Shown piece by piece: positions 25,954 to 35,228 of a DNA stretch of 64,000 nt (positions are counted from its first letter, which is position 1; the number at the start of each line of letters is the position of its first letter). The notes under the pieces were generated by a model. The model worked only from the letters and a program-made list of their open reading frames with translations, was not told the origin of the DNA and did no database searches. The DNA comes from an uncultured archaeon (lineage in GTDB: Archaea > Aenigmatarchaeota > Aenigmatarchaeia > GW2011-AR5 > JAHLMP01): positions 97,473 through 161,472 of the forward strand of contig CAYRXY010000001.1 of NCBI GenBank assembly GCA_964428495.1, written 5' to 3'. The position numbers were made by a program, and so were the translations under genes.

Positions 25954-27888
25954 CTAAAATCCGAGAAATAGATCTCCTTCTCCTGATGGCACATGCTTGG
26001 CTATTTCATCTTCTGGGATTGCCCTTATCCACTCCTTGTCTTCCGGCATGCATTTCTCTAGAAGCTTTTGTTTTATCTGCTTTGCCAATTCTCTTGACGG
26101 CGTTCTTCCTGGTTGGACTGTCACAAAGTATCTTGTTTTCTTTGCTACAGCTTCAACAGGACCTGCTATAACTTTTCCGTCCTTTACTCCTATGGTTAGT
26201 CGTAGTGATAATTTTTTAAGATAATTTTTCTCTCCTTTGACCAAAAATGATCCCTTTTCCAAATATTGACCTGCTGGTGCAGCCTTTGTCAGTTGATCTG
26301 GTCTAACCCAGTAGACCTGTACGGAGCCAAGTCCCAATGACCAAGCCTTTGAATAACATGCAGCCATTTGTCCAGCTTCTTTAATTGCAACTGGAGTAAT
26401 TTCTCTTGGTTTATATCTTCCGTCTATTCTTGCTTTAACTAATGCAAATGCACCTCCTTTTACCTCTGCGTGAAGAACTATATCTTCAGGTTTTGCATAC
26501 TTTTTGATTAATTCCTCATTAGTTTTTGCATCTTTTCCGAGTACAATAAGAAATCCATCAGAGGATACAAACCATCTGAACTTTTCATACCATCTTTTTC
26601 TTTTTTTAACCTTCCGTTCTTTAGGTTTTTTCTTCTTTACGTCTTCTTCAATTTTCTTTTCAATATCTTCTTTTGGAACTTTCTCGGTCCTTTCTTTTTT
26701 TGATTTAGCCTTCTTAGCTTCTTCATAGTACAAGGCTGTATTTTCCTCTATACTTTTGTTTATATAGAGCTCTATATCTTTTCCCTCTAGATTTACTACA
26801 ACTATTCCTTCATGCTCTCGGATTTCTTTTATTGAATTGGCTTCCGGTGAGTCTTCCCTTTGAATAATAGACTTTATTTCACTCCAATCCAGCTTTTCTC
26901 TAACTTCTCTTAGTCTTGTGAGTATAGAATCGACCAGTCCATAATTTCTATATATTAGCTCTGCTTTGGACCTTTTTTCAGTTTCCTCCTTACTATATTT
27001 TTCTATTGCTTTTTTTGTCATTTCTTGAATTCTTTTTTTCTTTTCTTCGACAATTTTCTCTAATTGTTTCTCTCTTCTCTTCTTTTCTTCCCCCTCTAAA
27101 ATATGATAAAATTCATCCAATGCGTCATTGAACAGATCAAAAGATTTCTTTTCTTTCCCTTTATACATTAAAAAAGGAAATGGTGTAGCATCTATAGGAG
27201 TTTTATTTTCAATTATCATTTCCGGTTTTTTCTCTTTATCTAAAAGTTCTATTATAATTTTGTAGATTTTTGAAATTATATCCGGTGTAATTTTTAATGT
27301 TCTATCAATTCCAGCTCTTCTACATATTTCTTCTGAATATGTAGAACCAAAGAGATTTCCTAAAAAAGGGCCAATACTTGATTTTGAACTTTTAGCTAAC
27401 TGAAGTAGTTCATTGATGTTTCTTGGGTCTACTGATTCAGGAAATTTATACATCTTTCTTGGGAGAACTTCTCTACCTTTCCATTTTTGAAATTCCATTG
27501 GCATTAAAATATAATAATTCGAATCACAGAGTATGAAGTTTCCTCTATGAAATAATTCAGCAATTAAAATATAATCTTCAAAAACGATCTCAACTATTCT
27601 GTCGAGTTTGTGCTGTTTTATCCCCTTTATTATTTTTCCTTTAAGATACTTTCTCAAAAACATGCAAAAGGATGTCGGTTCTTTCATCTCCTTTCTATAA
27701 TTTGTTGTATGAATTTTTTCTGGTGCAAGGAGCAGTTCAATTTCACCTAAGTCTTTGAATTTTGGTGAGTAAATCCTTATTCGTATTTCCCGATTTTCAT
27801 GATAAATCTTATCTACACGTCCTTCGACAAGAAATTGAATTTCATCTATAACATGTTTTATATCAATAGAAGACATTTTCTTTTCCAT
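25954..27888 (-). CDS. NFACT-family ribosome quality-control protein (Rqc2/FbpA homolog, DUF814)
   Basis: NFACT-N N-terminus, long Lys/Glu coiled coil, NFACT-R/DUF814 block WFVSSDGFLIVLGKDAKTNEEL...HAEVKGGAF. Confidence 0.8.
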   Translation of the reverse strand: MEKKMSSIDIKHVIDEIQFLVEGRVDKIYHENREIRIRIYSPKFKDLGEIELLLAPEKIHTTNYRKEMKEPTSFCMFLRKYLKGKIIKGIKQHKLDRIVEIVFEDYILIAELFHRGNFILCDSNYYILMPMEFQKWKGREVLPRKMYKFPESVDPRNINELLQLAKSSKSSIGPFLGNLFGSTYSEEICRRAGIDRTLKITPDIISKIYKIIIELLDKEKKPEMIIENKTPIDATPFPFLMYKGKEKKSFDLFNDALDEFYHILEGEEKKRREKQLEKIVEEKKKRIQEMTKKAIEKYSKEETEKRSKAELIYRNYGLVDSILTRLREVREKLDWSEIKSIIQREDSPEANSIKEIREHEGIVVVNLEGKDIELYINKSIEENTALYYEEAKKAKSKKERTEKVPKEDIEKKIEEDVKKKKPKERKVKKRKRWYEKFRWFVSSDGFLIVLGKDAKTNEELIKKYAKPEDIVLHAEVKGGAFALVKARIDGRYKPREITPVAIKEAGQMAACYSKAWSLGLGSVQVYWVRPDQLTKAAPAGQYLEKGSFLVKGEKNYLKKLSLRLTIGVKDGKVIAGPVEAVAKKTRYFVTVQPGRTPSRELAKQIKQKLLEKCMPEDKEWIRAIPEDEIAKHVPSGEGDLFLGF

Positions 27889-27910
27889 AAATATAGAATT
27901 GGGTTTATTA

Positions 27911-28195
27911 TTATAAATTCAAAATATCTAGCTTTTTACATATCTTACAGACTTCGGTTTCAAAATCTTTTCCATTCATTATCTCCCTTGCAAGTTGTTT
28001 TATAGCTTTTTTAAGCTCGGGTGAAACTATATTTTTACCCCTTCTTTTTATCAGATACTGAGAGACGGCTCCTTGAGTTACATTTAGCTTGTTGGCTATT
28101 TCTTCTTGTGTTAGACCATACTTATTTCTTAACTCTCTTGTAACTTCCGATCTTATAGATGGTAGAAGTCTGGTCATGACTTCACATCGGATCAT
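27911..28195 (-). CDS. HTH (XRE-like) transcriptional regulator, COG2522-like
   Basis: LTQEEIANKLNVTQGAVSQYLIKRRG helix-turn-helix. C-terminal CxxC. Confidence 0.65.
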   Translation of the reverse strand: MIRCEVMTRLLPSIRSEVTRELRNKYGLTQEEIANKLNVTQGAVSQYLIKRRGKNIVSPELKKAIKQLAREIMNGKDFETEVCKICKKLDILNL

Positions 28196-28255
28196 ATTTA
28201 AATCTTTTGAACTTTAAAAATTTAATACAAATACATATTAAGGAAAGTGGTAGAA

Positions 28256-28582
28256 ATGCAGAAAGCTAGGATAAAGCTCGTGGGTAAGGATCCAAAGAAA
28301 CTTGATGAAATATGTAAAGAAATAAAGGATATTGCTCAGAAGGTTGGTGTTGATGTAGCTGGACCTATACCACTTCCAACGAAAAGAATAAGGATTCCTG
28401 TTATGAAAACCCCATGTGGAGATGGTATGCATCGTGGTGGTGGAGGTCGAAACTGGGAAACATGGGAACTTCGAATACATAAAAGAATTATTGATGTTGG
28501 TGCAAATCCCCGAATTTTACGTCAGATAACGCGAATTCCTATACCTTCTGACGTTAAAATAGAAATAGAACTAACTGATTAA
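28256..28582 (+). CDS. rps10: 30S ribosomal protein uS10
   Basis: ARIKLVGKDPKKLDEICKEI...GPIPLPTKR...WELRIHKRIIDV. ATG at 28256; the ORF track begins at GTG 28247. Confidence 0.9.
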   Translation: MQKARIKLVGKDPKKLDEICKEIKDIAQKVGVDVAGPIPLPTKRIRIPVMKTPCGDGMHRGGGGRNWETWELRIHKRIIDVGANPRILRQITRIPIPSDVKIEIELTD

Positions 28583-28584
28583 TT

Positions 28585-29091
28585 ATGAACGAGGAGAAAA
28601 TTGCTCTCCTTGAGGCAGCTCTCTTTATTACGGAGAAACCACTTAAGTTAGAGCAATTGAGAAAGATATTAAGGGTTCGTGATGATTCTAAAGTTTTTGA
28701 GATGATTGAGTATTTGAAGAAAAGGTATGGGGGTGAGGATAGAGGAATCGAAATTTCTGAGGTAGGAGGTTATAAACTTGTTGTTAAACCTAAATTTGTG
28801 CATCGAGTATCTAAGCTTACGAGACATTCTGAACTTTCTCGTGGATTACTCAGAGCACTTTCTATCATAGCATATCACGAACCAGTTAGGCAAAGTGATT
28901 TGGTTAGAGTTCTCGGCAATAGAGTCTATGAATACGTTAAGGAATTGATTGATCTTGGGTTCGTAACAGCAGAAAAACAATCAAGGACGAAGATTCTTAA
29001 AACCACAAGGTTATTTGAAGAATATTTCGGTGAGCAGGCAAAAATATTAAAAAATCAAAAACCGAGGACTGACATTCAAGAAAATCAGTAG
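28585..29091 (+). CDS. scpB: segregation and condensation protein B
   Basis: LLEAALFITEKPLKLEQL N-terminus and tandem winged-helix layout, RALSIIAYHEPVRQSDL. Confidence 0.8.
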   Translation: MNEEKIALLEAALFITEKPLKLEQLRKILRVRDDSKVFEMIEYLKKRYGGEDRGIEISEVGGYKLVVKPKFVHRVSKLTRHSELSRGLLRALSIIAYHEPVRQSDLVRVLGNRVYEYVKELIDLGFVTAEKQSRTKILKTTRLFEEYFGEQAKILKNQKPRTDIQENQ

Positions 29092-30287
29092 ACATCTACT
29101 CTACCGTATGCTAAGTCTAAGGTAAATAACTTTATGTTTTCTAATTCTCTTGAAACTACATCTCTTATTCTCTCAATTTCATAATTCGATAGCTCACCTT
29201 CTGGTATTACTTGAACAGCAGCTATTTTTGGTTGATCAATCGGTTGACCTATTTCTGAAACTAGCCATACGTAGACTTCTTTCAGACCAGAGACTTGCCT
29301 ATAAATTTCTCTCGCAATTCTATGAGTCAAAAGATTGTAAATTTTTCCGACGTGGCTTGTTGGATTTTTTCCAGCTGCTGCCTCGTTAGAAACAGGTCTG
29401 TTTAGAGGTATCAAGCCATTGACCCTATTCCCTCGTCCAACTTCCCCAGAATCTGCATTCTCTGCACTGGTTCCTGTGACGGTTAAATAAACACCATCAA
29501 TTCCTTTACCTTCTTCATCTAATGTGTTTAAGTCAGCAAAGACTTTATATTTTGATCTTTCCCTTGTAAAATTCTTTATAATCTCTAAAATTTCTTCTTT
29601 CTTCCTGAAATAATCTTTTTCTGAATTTATGAAGCTGTCTATAAATGGCATCGCTATGGTCAAGTAAATCTTATCCATATGACGAATTCCCATAACCTTC
29701 ACATCCTCTCCAGTTTCTGGAAATTCTGTTTTAAAGTGCTTTGAATTAAGGAACTTTTCTGTTTCCAAAACTAATTTCTCCGTTTCTGAAAGTGGTGCAT
29801 ATCCAACTCCCGCGCTTGTATCATTCGCACCCAATATCTCATCTCCTTTCTTGAAAATGCTTGTGAGCGCAGCAGATCCCGGTTTTATCTCTACCTGATA
29901 CTTTATGTGCTTTTCAGGATCTACAAATCTCAAATTTTTTCTTATCCAATTTTTTGCGGTGTCTATACAAATTTCATTTATGTTAATGGTTTCATCTCCA
30001 AATTTCGTCGTTGCTCTATCGCCAAATATCAAAAGTATAGGTTTCAAAATTTCACCACCACCGAAGCTCTGTCTCGCTTCACCGGCAATGAGAAGTCCTT
30101 TATCTATGTTATGATGTAAGATTCTTTCAAATTTTTTCATATATGTTTTTGAGAGTTCTATTGATATGGCATTCATTATTCCATCTGTTATCGTATCTGG
30201 ATGACCAATTCCCTTTCTCTCTACAATCTCTAATGGTCTTTCCTCCATTGGTAATTTATCGAGACTTTCTACAACGATATTTTTCAT
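29085..30287 (-). CDS. mat: S-adenosylmethionine synthetase, archaeal type
   Basis: IVERKGIGHPDTITDGI and about 400 aa length, characteristic of archaeal MAT. Confidence 0.9.
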   Translation of the reverse strand: MKNIVVESLDKLPMEERPLEIVERKGIGHPDTITDGIMNAISIELSKTYMKKFERILHHNIDKGLLIAGEARQSFGGGEILKPILLIFGDRATTKFGDETININEICIDTAKNWIRKNLRFVDPEKHIKYQVEIKPGSAALTSIFKKGDEILGANDTSAGVGYAPLSETEKLVLETEKFLNSKHFKTEFPETGEDVKVMGIRHMDKIYLTIAMPFIDSFINSEKDYFRKKEEILEIIKNFTRERSKYKVFADLNTLDEEGKGIDGVYLTVTGTSAENADSGEVGRGNRVNGLIPLNRPVSNEAAAGKNPTSHVGKIYNLLTHRIAREIYRQVSGLKEVYVWLVSEIGQPIDQPKIAAVQVIPEGELSNYEIERIRDVVSRELENIKLFTLDLAYGRVDVY

Positions 30288-30322
30288 GAGTAAGGTTTCA
30301 AGTGTTAAACTTAAAAATTTAT

Positions 30323-30868
30323 CTACTGAGAAATTCTTTTTTGATCTCGTAGATATTCTTCTGTTGTAACTATTCTACTTCCGAAATGATATTTGATTGG
30401 ACTAACATATGCCACGAGTTTTAGATCACTCAAGATTCTCTTTAATTTAGGCAATTCCTTTCTATATATAATTCCTTGATAAATTTTCTTTAGTTTGTTT
30501 TTGTGTGTATAAACTCTTTTTGTTCTAATGAATACGAAACCACTCTCCTTTAGTCTTCTGTGTAGCTCTTTTGAATATTTTTTAGAAATTTTGATGGTTA
30601 CGAGGACTTTTCCCAACGCTAATTTTTCTTCAATGACGGTCCCTATGAAATATCCAGAAATGTATCCGAATGCCATAGAAAGCACTATAGGAATAGTAAC
30701 TTCTGAGCTCAGAATATCTTTCAATACGAGAAGGAATAATAGAGTATCTATGCCTATGAGTATAGCTGCTATCGGCTTCCTGCCCTCATACTCATTTATC
30801 TTTTGTAAGGTTTTGATTGTTCTTATCGCCATCGTTGCTAAAAATATGAGTGTTAATCTCGTTAGCAT
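30323..30868 (-). CDS. UPF0316/DUF2179-family membrane protein
   Basis: Three N-terminal TM helices plus a C-terminal soluble DUF2179-like domain (VLVTIKISKKYSKELHRRLKESGF). Start taken at MLTRLTLIF; the ORF track extends to 30940. Confidence 0.55.
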   Translation of the reverse strand: MLTRLTLIFLATMAIRTIKTLQKINEYEGRKPIAAILIGIDTLLFLLVLKDILSSEVTIPIVLSMAFGYISGYFIGTVIEEKLALGKVLVTIKISKKYSKELHRRLKESGFVFIRTKRVYTHKNKLKKIYQGIIYRKELPKLKRILSDLKLVAYVSPIKYHFGSRIVTTEEYLRDQKRISQ

Positions 30869-30987
30869 CTCAGATACTATTAAGATTAAAATATTAATAT
30901 TTTGAGAGAAGTTATAAAGGAAAAATTTATTATTAGTCAATCGGAATTGACTAAAATTTAAATCGTTGGATCGTAATAAACGAAATA

Positions 30988-32559
30988 ATGGAAAACAAAT
31001 ACTTCGAGGAGCTTATCACAAAAATCCTGAAAGGCGAAATTACCAAGGAAGATCTGATAAAATGGAAATCAAAATTGGCAAAAAAGTATAGATTAAAGAA
31101 CATACCCAAGAATGCTGATGCACTTCTCTATGCGGAAAAGCATTATAATGATCAGTTGAAGAAGTTAAGAGAAGTCCTTCAAATAAAACCTGTTAGAACG
31201 GCCTCTGGTGTTAGCGTTGTTGCAATAATGAGTGTTGGTGATTGTCCTGGCAGGTGTATATACTGCCCAAGAGGAAAGAAAGCACCACAGAGCTATACGG
31301 GAGTTGAGCCAGCAACCATGAGGGCAAAGCGGCTGAATTATGATCCATTCAAGCAGGTCGTAACTCGTCTGCGCCAGTTAGAAATTACTGGTCATCCAAC
31401 TGACAAGTGTGAAGTCATTGTGATGGGAGGAACGTTCCTTTACATGAGTAGAAAATATCAGGAGTGGTTTATTAAGAGATGCTACGATGCGATGAACGGA
31501 ATAGAAAGTAAAAGCCTGGAAGAAGCAAAAAAGATAAACGAGAACACAAAGCATCGATGTGTTGGTCTAACGATAGAAACAAGGCCGGACTATTGTAAGA
31601 AGAAACATATTAATATGATGCTACACTACGGGGCGACAAGAATTGAGCTTGGTGTTCAAACGACAGACGATGAGATCCTAAGAATTGTGAAGCGTGGACA
31701 TACGGTAAAGGATACTATTGTGGCAACGGGGTTAGCCAAAGATTCTGCGTTTAAAATATGTTATCACATGATGCCGGGCCTCACGGGTTTGTATGGAGAA
31801 ATTGATATGAAAGAGGAAAAGAGAAATCTTAGAAAAATCTTAACAGATCCAAACTTTCGTCCAGACTTGCTTAAAATTTATCCGACACTCGTTATTCCTG
31901 GAACTGAGTTGTACGATATGTGGAAAAGAGGAGAGTATAAGCCACTGACATTGGAACAAGCTATTGAGTTAATTCTCTATGTCAAGAAAATTGTTCCAAA
32001 ATGGGTTCGTATCCAACGTGTTCAACGAGATATCTCATGGAAGAAGATTGCTGCTGGGCCAAACGTTACAAACCTAAGACAGATCGTTCAAGAAATTGCA
32101 AAGAAACATGGTATAAGGTGTCGTTGTATTCGTTGTCGAGAAGTTGGTCATAGAGACATAAAAGTAGAGGATGTAAAAATGTACGTGACAAGGTATAATG
32201 CCTCAAAAGGGAGGGAATATTTCATAAGTTTTGAAGATTTAAAAAATGATGTGTTGATTGGTTATATTCGTCTTCGTCTTCCTTATCGTGTCTTTCGACC
32301 AGAACTAAAGGATGCCGCACTTGTTCGTGAGATACATGTTTATGGCACCGAAGTGCCGATTGGTGAAACAGCAGACAAACAAGGTGAGAAATATCAACAT
32401 CGTGGTTATGGGGAGAAATTACTGGAGAAGGCGGAAGAAATTGCATTGAATAATGGATACAAGAATCTTGCAATCATTTCTGGTGTAGGAGTTCGAAACT
32501 ATTTTAGAAAGTTTGATTATAGACTAATTGGTCCTTACATGATGAAAGGGTTGAGATAA
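30988..32559 (+). CDS. elp3: Elp3-family tRNA uridine(34) modification radical SAM/acetyltransferase
   Basis: Radical SAM CPGRCIYCP. C-terminal GNAT block HRGYGEKLLEKAEEIA. About 520 aa. Confidence 0.9.
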   Translation: MENKYFEELITKILKGEITKEDLIKWKSKLAKKYRLKNIPKNADALLYAEKHYNDQLKKLREVLQIKPVRTASGVSVVAIMSVGDCPGRCIYCPRGKKAPQSYTGVEPATMRAKRLNYDPFKQVVTRLRQLEITGHPTDKCEVIVMGGTFLYMSRKYQEWFIKRCYDAMNGIESKSLEEAKKINENTKHRCVGLTIETRPDYCKKKHINMMLHYGATRIELGVQTTDDEILRIVKRGHTVKDTIVATGLAKDSAFKICYHMMPGLTGLYGEIDMKEEKRNLRKILTDPNFRPDLLKIYPTLVIPGTELYDMWKRGEYKPLTLEQAIELILYVKKIVPKWVRIQRVQRDISWKKIAAGPNVTNLRQIVQEIAKKHGIRCRCIRCREVGHRDIKVEDVKMYVTRYNASKGREYFISFEDLKNDVLIGYIRLRLPYRVFRPELKDAALVREIHVYGTEVPIGETADKQGEKYQHRGYGEKLLEKAEEIALNNGYKNLAIISGVGVRNYFRKFDYRLIGPYMMKGLR

Positions 32560-33138
32560 ATGGCCTGGTTACAAAATATTACTGAGTGGAGTAAAGAAAC
32601 ATTTTTACCACTTGGTTGGCTCGGTTTATTTCTACTAGCTTTTGCTGAGTCTTCCTTCTTTCCAGTTCCGCCTGATATTTTATTGATACCTCTGTGCCTT
32701 GCAGTACCTAAGTTTGCATTACTTTATGCCCTTATTTCGACTGTTGGCTCTGTCCTCGGTGCCTGCTTTGGATATTGGATTGGTCTAAAGGGTGGAAGGC
32801 CGATATTGAAGAAGTTCACAAGTAATAAAGTAGAAAGAATTGAATATTATTTTCAGAAATATGGCGCATGGGCAGTTGGTATTGCCGGTTTCACACCAAT
32901 ACCATATAAGATATTCACTATAGCGAGTGGTGTATTCAAAATCGATTTTAGAAAGATGATCTTTGCATCGATCATTAGTAGGGGTGGGAGATTCTTTCTA
33001 GAGGCTGTGTTTATCATGCTCTTTGGCGAGCAGATAATTTGGTTTATTGAAAACTATTTTGGCTTATTCTCGCTCCTTGTAGTGCTTGGGCTGATTGTCG
33101 TTTGGTATCTGTGGAAAAAAGTGAAGAAAAAATTGTGA
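32560..33138 (+). CDS. DedA/YqaA-family membrane protein
   Basis: FAESSFFPVPPDILLIPL signature. About 190 aa, polytopic. Confidence 0.8.
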   Translation: MAWLQNITEWSKETFLPLGWLGLFLLAFAESSFFPVPPDILLIPLCLAVPKFALLYALISTVGSVLGACFGYWIGLKGGRPILKKFTSNKVERIEYYFQKYGAWAVGIAGFTPIPYKIFTIASGVFKIDFRKMIFASIISRGGRFFLEAVFIMLFGEQIIWFIENYFGLFSLLVVLGLIVVWYLWKKVKKKL

Positions 33139-33265
33139 TAGCCCCGCCAGGATTCGAACCTGGGTCACCGGGTCCAAAGCCCGGTATGCTTGACCGCTAT
33201 GTCTTCGGTAGACAGGTATTTTATGTTTGCAATTTGCTGCTACCCGAAGCCTACACCACGGGGCT
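33139..33265 (-). tRNA. tRNA-Gln (anticodon TTG) with a 54-nt intron in the D-loop
   Basis: Minus-strand read AGCCCCGTGGTGTAG[54 nt]CGGTCAAGCAT-A-CCGGG-CTTTGGA-CCCGG-TGAC-CCAGG-TTCGAAT-CCTGG-CGGGGCT-A. The insert forms the long hairpin CTTCGG(G)GTAG...CTACCGAAG. The 3' end abuts the DedA stop codon. Confidence 0.8.
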
Positions 33266-33287
33266 ATGATAATGGTATTATCAATCT

Positions 33288-33297
33288 AAAAATAAAT
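33288..33297 (-). promoter_or_regulatory. TATA-like element (ATTTATTTTT on minus strand) about 27 nt upstream of tRNA-Gln +1
   Basis: Positioned as for the other RNA genes in the window. Confidence 0.3.
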
Positions 33298-33355
33298 ATC
33301 AAACATTTTTTAATCTTCTCGTCATATTATCATTAGCACGTATAGGCGATAAAAT

Positions 33356-35200
33356 ATGAAAATACTTTTGATTCATGCGGATTTCATAGAATATGAAGCA
33401 AAAACAAAAGCGCTCAAAGATGCGGAGGAGGTAAAGGAGCGAGGAAAAAAAGTTGAGGAATGTCTTGTAGTCTTTACTTCAATTGAAAGTGGTGATAACA
33501 AGATATCTGTGAGAAAGGCTGTTGATGAAGTGAAGAGAGTTACTGACGATATAAAAGTTCAACGAATTGTCATTTATCCATGGGTTCATTTGACATCAAG
33601 GCCAGCGCCAGCGAAAGAGGCGCAGGCTCTACTACAGAATTTTGCTGAAGCCCTGAAAGGCGCAGGCTTCAGTGTTGAACGTGCTCCATTCGGTTGGTAC
33701 AAGTCATTTTCACTAAAATGTAAAGGTCACCCGCTGGCCGAACTTTCGAGGGAAATTACACCTGTGGAAGAAACTAGAGAAGAGATAGTTGAAAAAATAA
33801 AGAGTGAATATTTCGTTTTAACTCCAGACGGTAAAGAAGAAAAAATCGATCTGGATAAGCTCGATGAAAGTAAACTTTTGAAGAATTATAACAATCTGAA
33901 AAAATTTATTTTATCTGAAGAACTTGGTGAAAAACCGAAGAAAGAACCTCCTTCGCTTCGAGCAATGCAACGTCTTGAGCTTGTTGGCTATGCACCGGAG
34001 AGCGATCCTGGTAACTTTAAATTTTATCCAAAAGGCTTTTTGATCTATGATCTCTTGAGGAAATGGGCTGCGGAGATAACAACGAAAAGACTCAGAGCGA
34101 TGCAGATCGAAACACCGTTAATATATGACTGGTCTGATCCAGAGATTAGAGAGCAGGGAAAGAGTTTTCATGAAAGACATTATATCGTTTCCATACCTGG
34201 TAAGCAGAAGGAATTGGTGTTGCGGTTTGCAGGTGACTTCGGACTGTTTAAAATGTTGAAAAATGCAACAATATCTTATTATCAACTTCCACTCAGATTT
34301 TACGAATTCTCCCTTTCGTTTAGATGTGAAAAGCGTGGTGAGCTCATCGGGCTAAAAAGGTTGAGAGCATTCTCAATGCCAGATCTTCACTCGTTTTGTA
34401 CAGACGAAATGCAAGCATGGAAAGAATATGAAGAACTTTTTAAGAAGTACACCGACTATGCAAATGCATTGAATGTTGATTATGTTGTTGCATTCAGAGT
34501 TGTGAAAGACTACTATGAAAAGTATAAGGATAAAATCATATCCCTACTAAAATACTGTGGTAAACCTGCATTCATAGAGGTTCTTTCTGAGATGAAACAC
34601 TATTGGGCAATAAAACACGAGTTTCAGTTTATAGATTCGGTGGGAAGTAACTGTCAACTTTCCACTGTTCAGTTAGATGTAAAGGATGCAGAAAATTATG
34701 GAATAACATATGTGGATAAAGATGGAAAAGAGAAGGGATGTATAATCTGTCACTCCTCCGTTGGATCAATAGAGAGATGGATGTACGCACTTCTAGAACA
34801 AGCGCTAAAATCAAAGAGGCCAGTCTTACCTCTATGGTTGTCACCCATACAGGTCAGATTAGTTCCAATGAATAATTCGTTGCTCTCGTTTGCTGAAGAG
34901 ATTGCTAATAAATTAGAGAGTGAGTCAATTCGCGTTGATATTGATGACCGTTCACTAACATTAAATAAGAAGATTCGTGAGGCTGAGATGGAATGGGTCC
35001 CGATGATCGTTGTAATTGGTGAAAAAGAGAGGAGCAGCGGAGAATTCTCCATTCGTTTTAAGGAAAACGGTAAAGTTGAAAAGATGAAATTAGACGAGTT
35101 AATTAAATACGTCAAGGAAAGGACGAAAGAGTACCCATATAGATATTTGAACTTACCAAGATTGTTGAGTAAGAGACCAAAGTTTGTCGGAGGGCTGTAA
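33356..35200 (+). CDS. thrS: threonine--tRNA ligase, archaeal type with N-terminal editing domain
   Basis: MKILLIHADFIEYEAK...APFGWYKSFSLKCKGHPLAELSR is the archaeal ThrRS editing domain. Class II catalytic core and anticodon-binding domain follow. Confidence 0.9.
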   Translation: MKILLIHADFIEYEAKTKALKDAEEVKERGKKVEECLVVFTSIESGDNKISVRKAVDEVKRVTDDIKVQRIVIYPWVHLTSRPAPAKEAQALLQNFAEALKGAGFSVERAPFGWYKSFSLKCKGHPLAELSREITPVEETREEIVEKIKSEYFVLTPDGKEEKIDLDKLDESKLLKNYNNLKKFILSEELGEKPKKEPPSLRAMQRLELVGYAPESDPGNFKFYPKGFLIYDLLRKWAAEITTKRLRAMQIETPLIYDWSDPEIREQGKSFHERHYIVSIPGKQKELVLRFAGDFGLFKMLKNATISYYQLPLRFYEFSLSFRCEKRGELIGLKRLRAFSMPDLHSFCTDEMQAWKEYEELFKKYTDYANALNVDYVVAFRVVKDYYEKYKDKIISLLKYCGKPAFIEVLSEMKHYWAIKHEFQFIDSVGSNCQLSTVQLDVKDAENYGITYVDKDGKEKGCIICHSSVGSIERWMYALLEQALKSKRPVLPLWLSPIQVRLVPMNNSLLSFAEEIANKLESESIRVDIDDRSLTLNKKIREAEMEWVPMIVVIGEKERSSGEFSIRFKENGKVEKMKLDELIKYVKERTKEYPYRYLNLPRLLSKRPKFVGGL

Positions 35201-35228
35201 ATCTTTATATTCTTGAAATGTAAAATAA

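Noticed and set aside
28256-28582. uS10 lies 29 kb away from the uL3-uL4-uL23-uL2 block. This was considered as evidence of a broken S10 operon.
   Set aside because: In archaea uS10 is normally part of the str/EF cluster rather than adjacent to uL3, so the separation itself is not anomalous. Only the absence of tuf upstream is noted.
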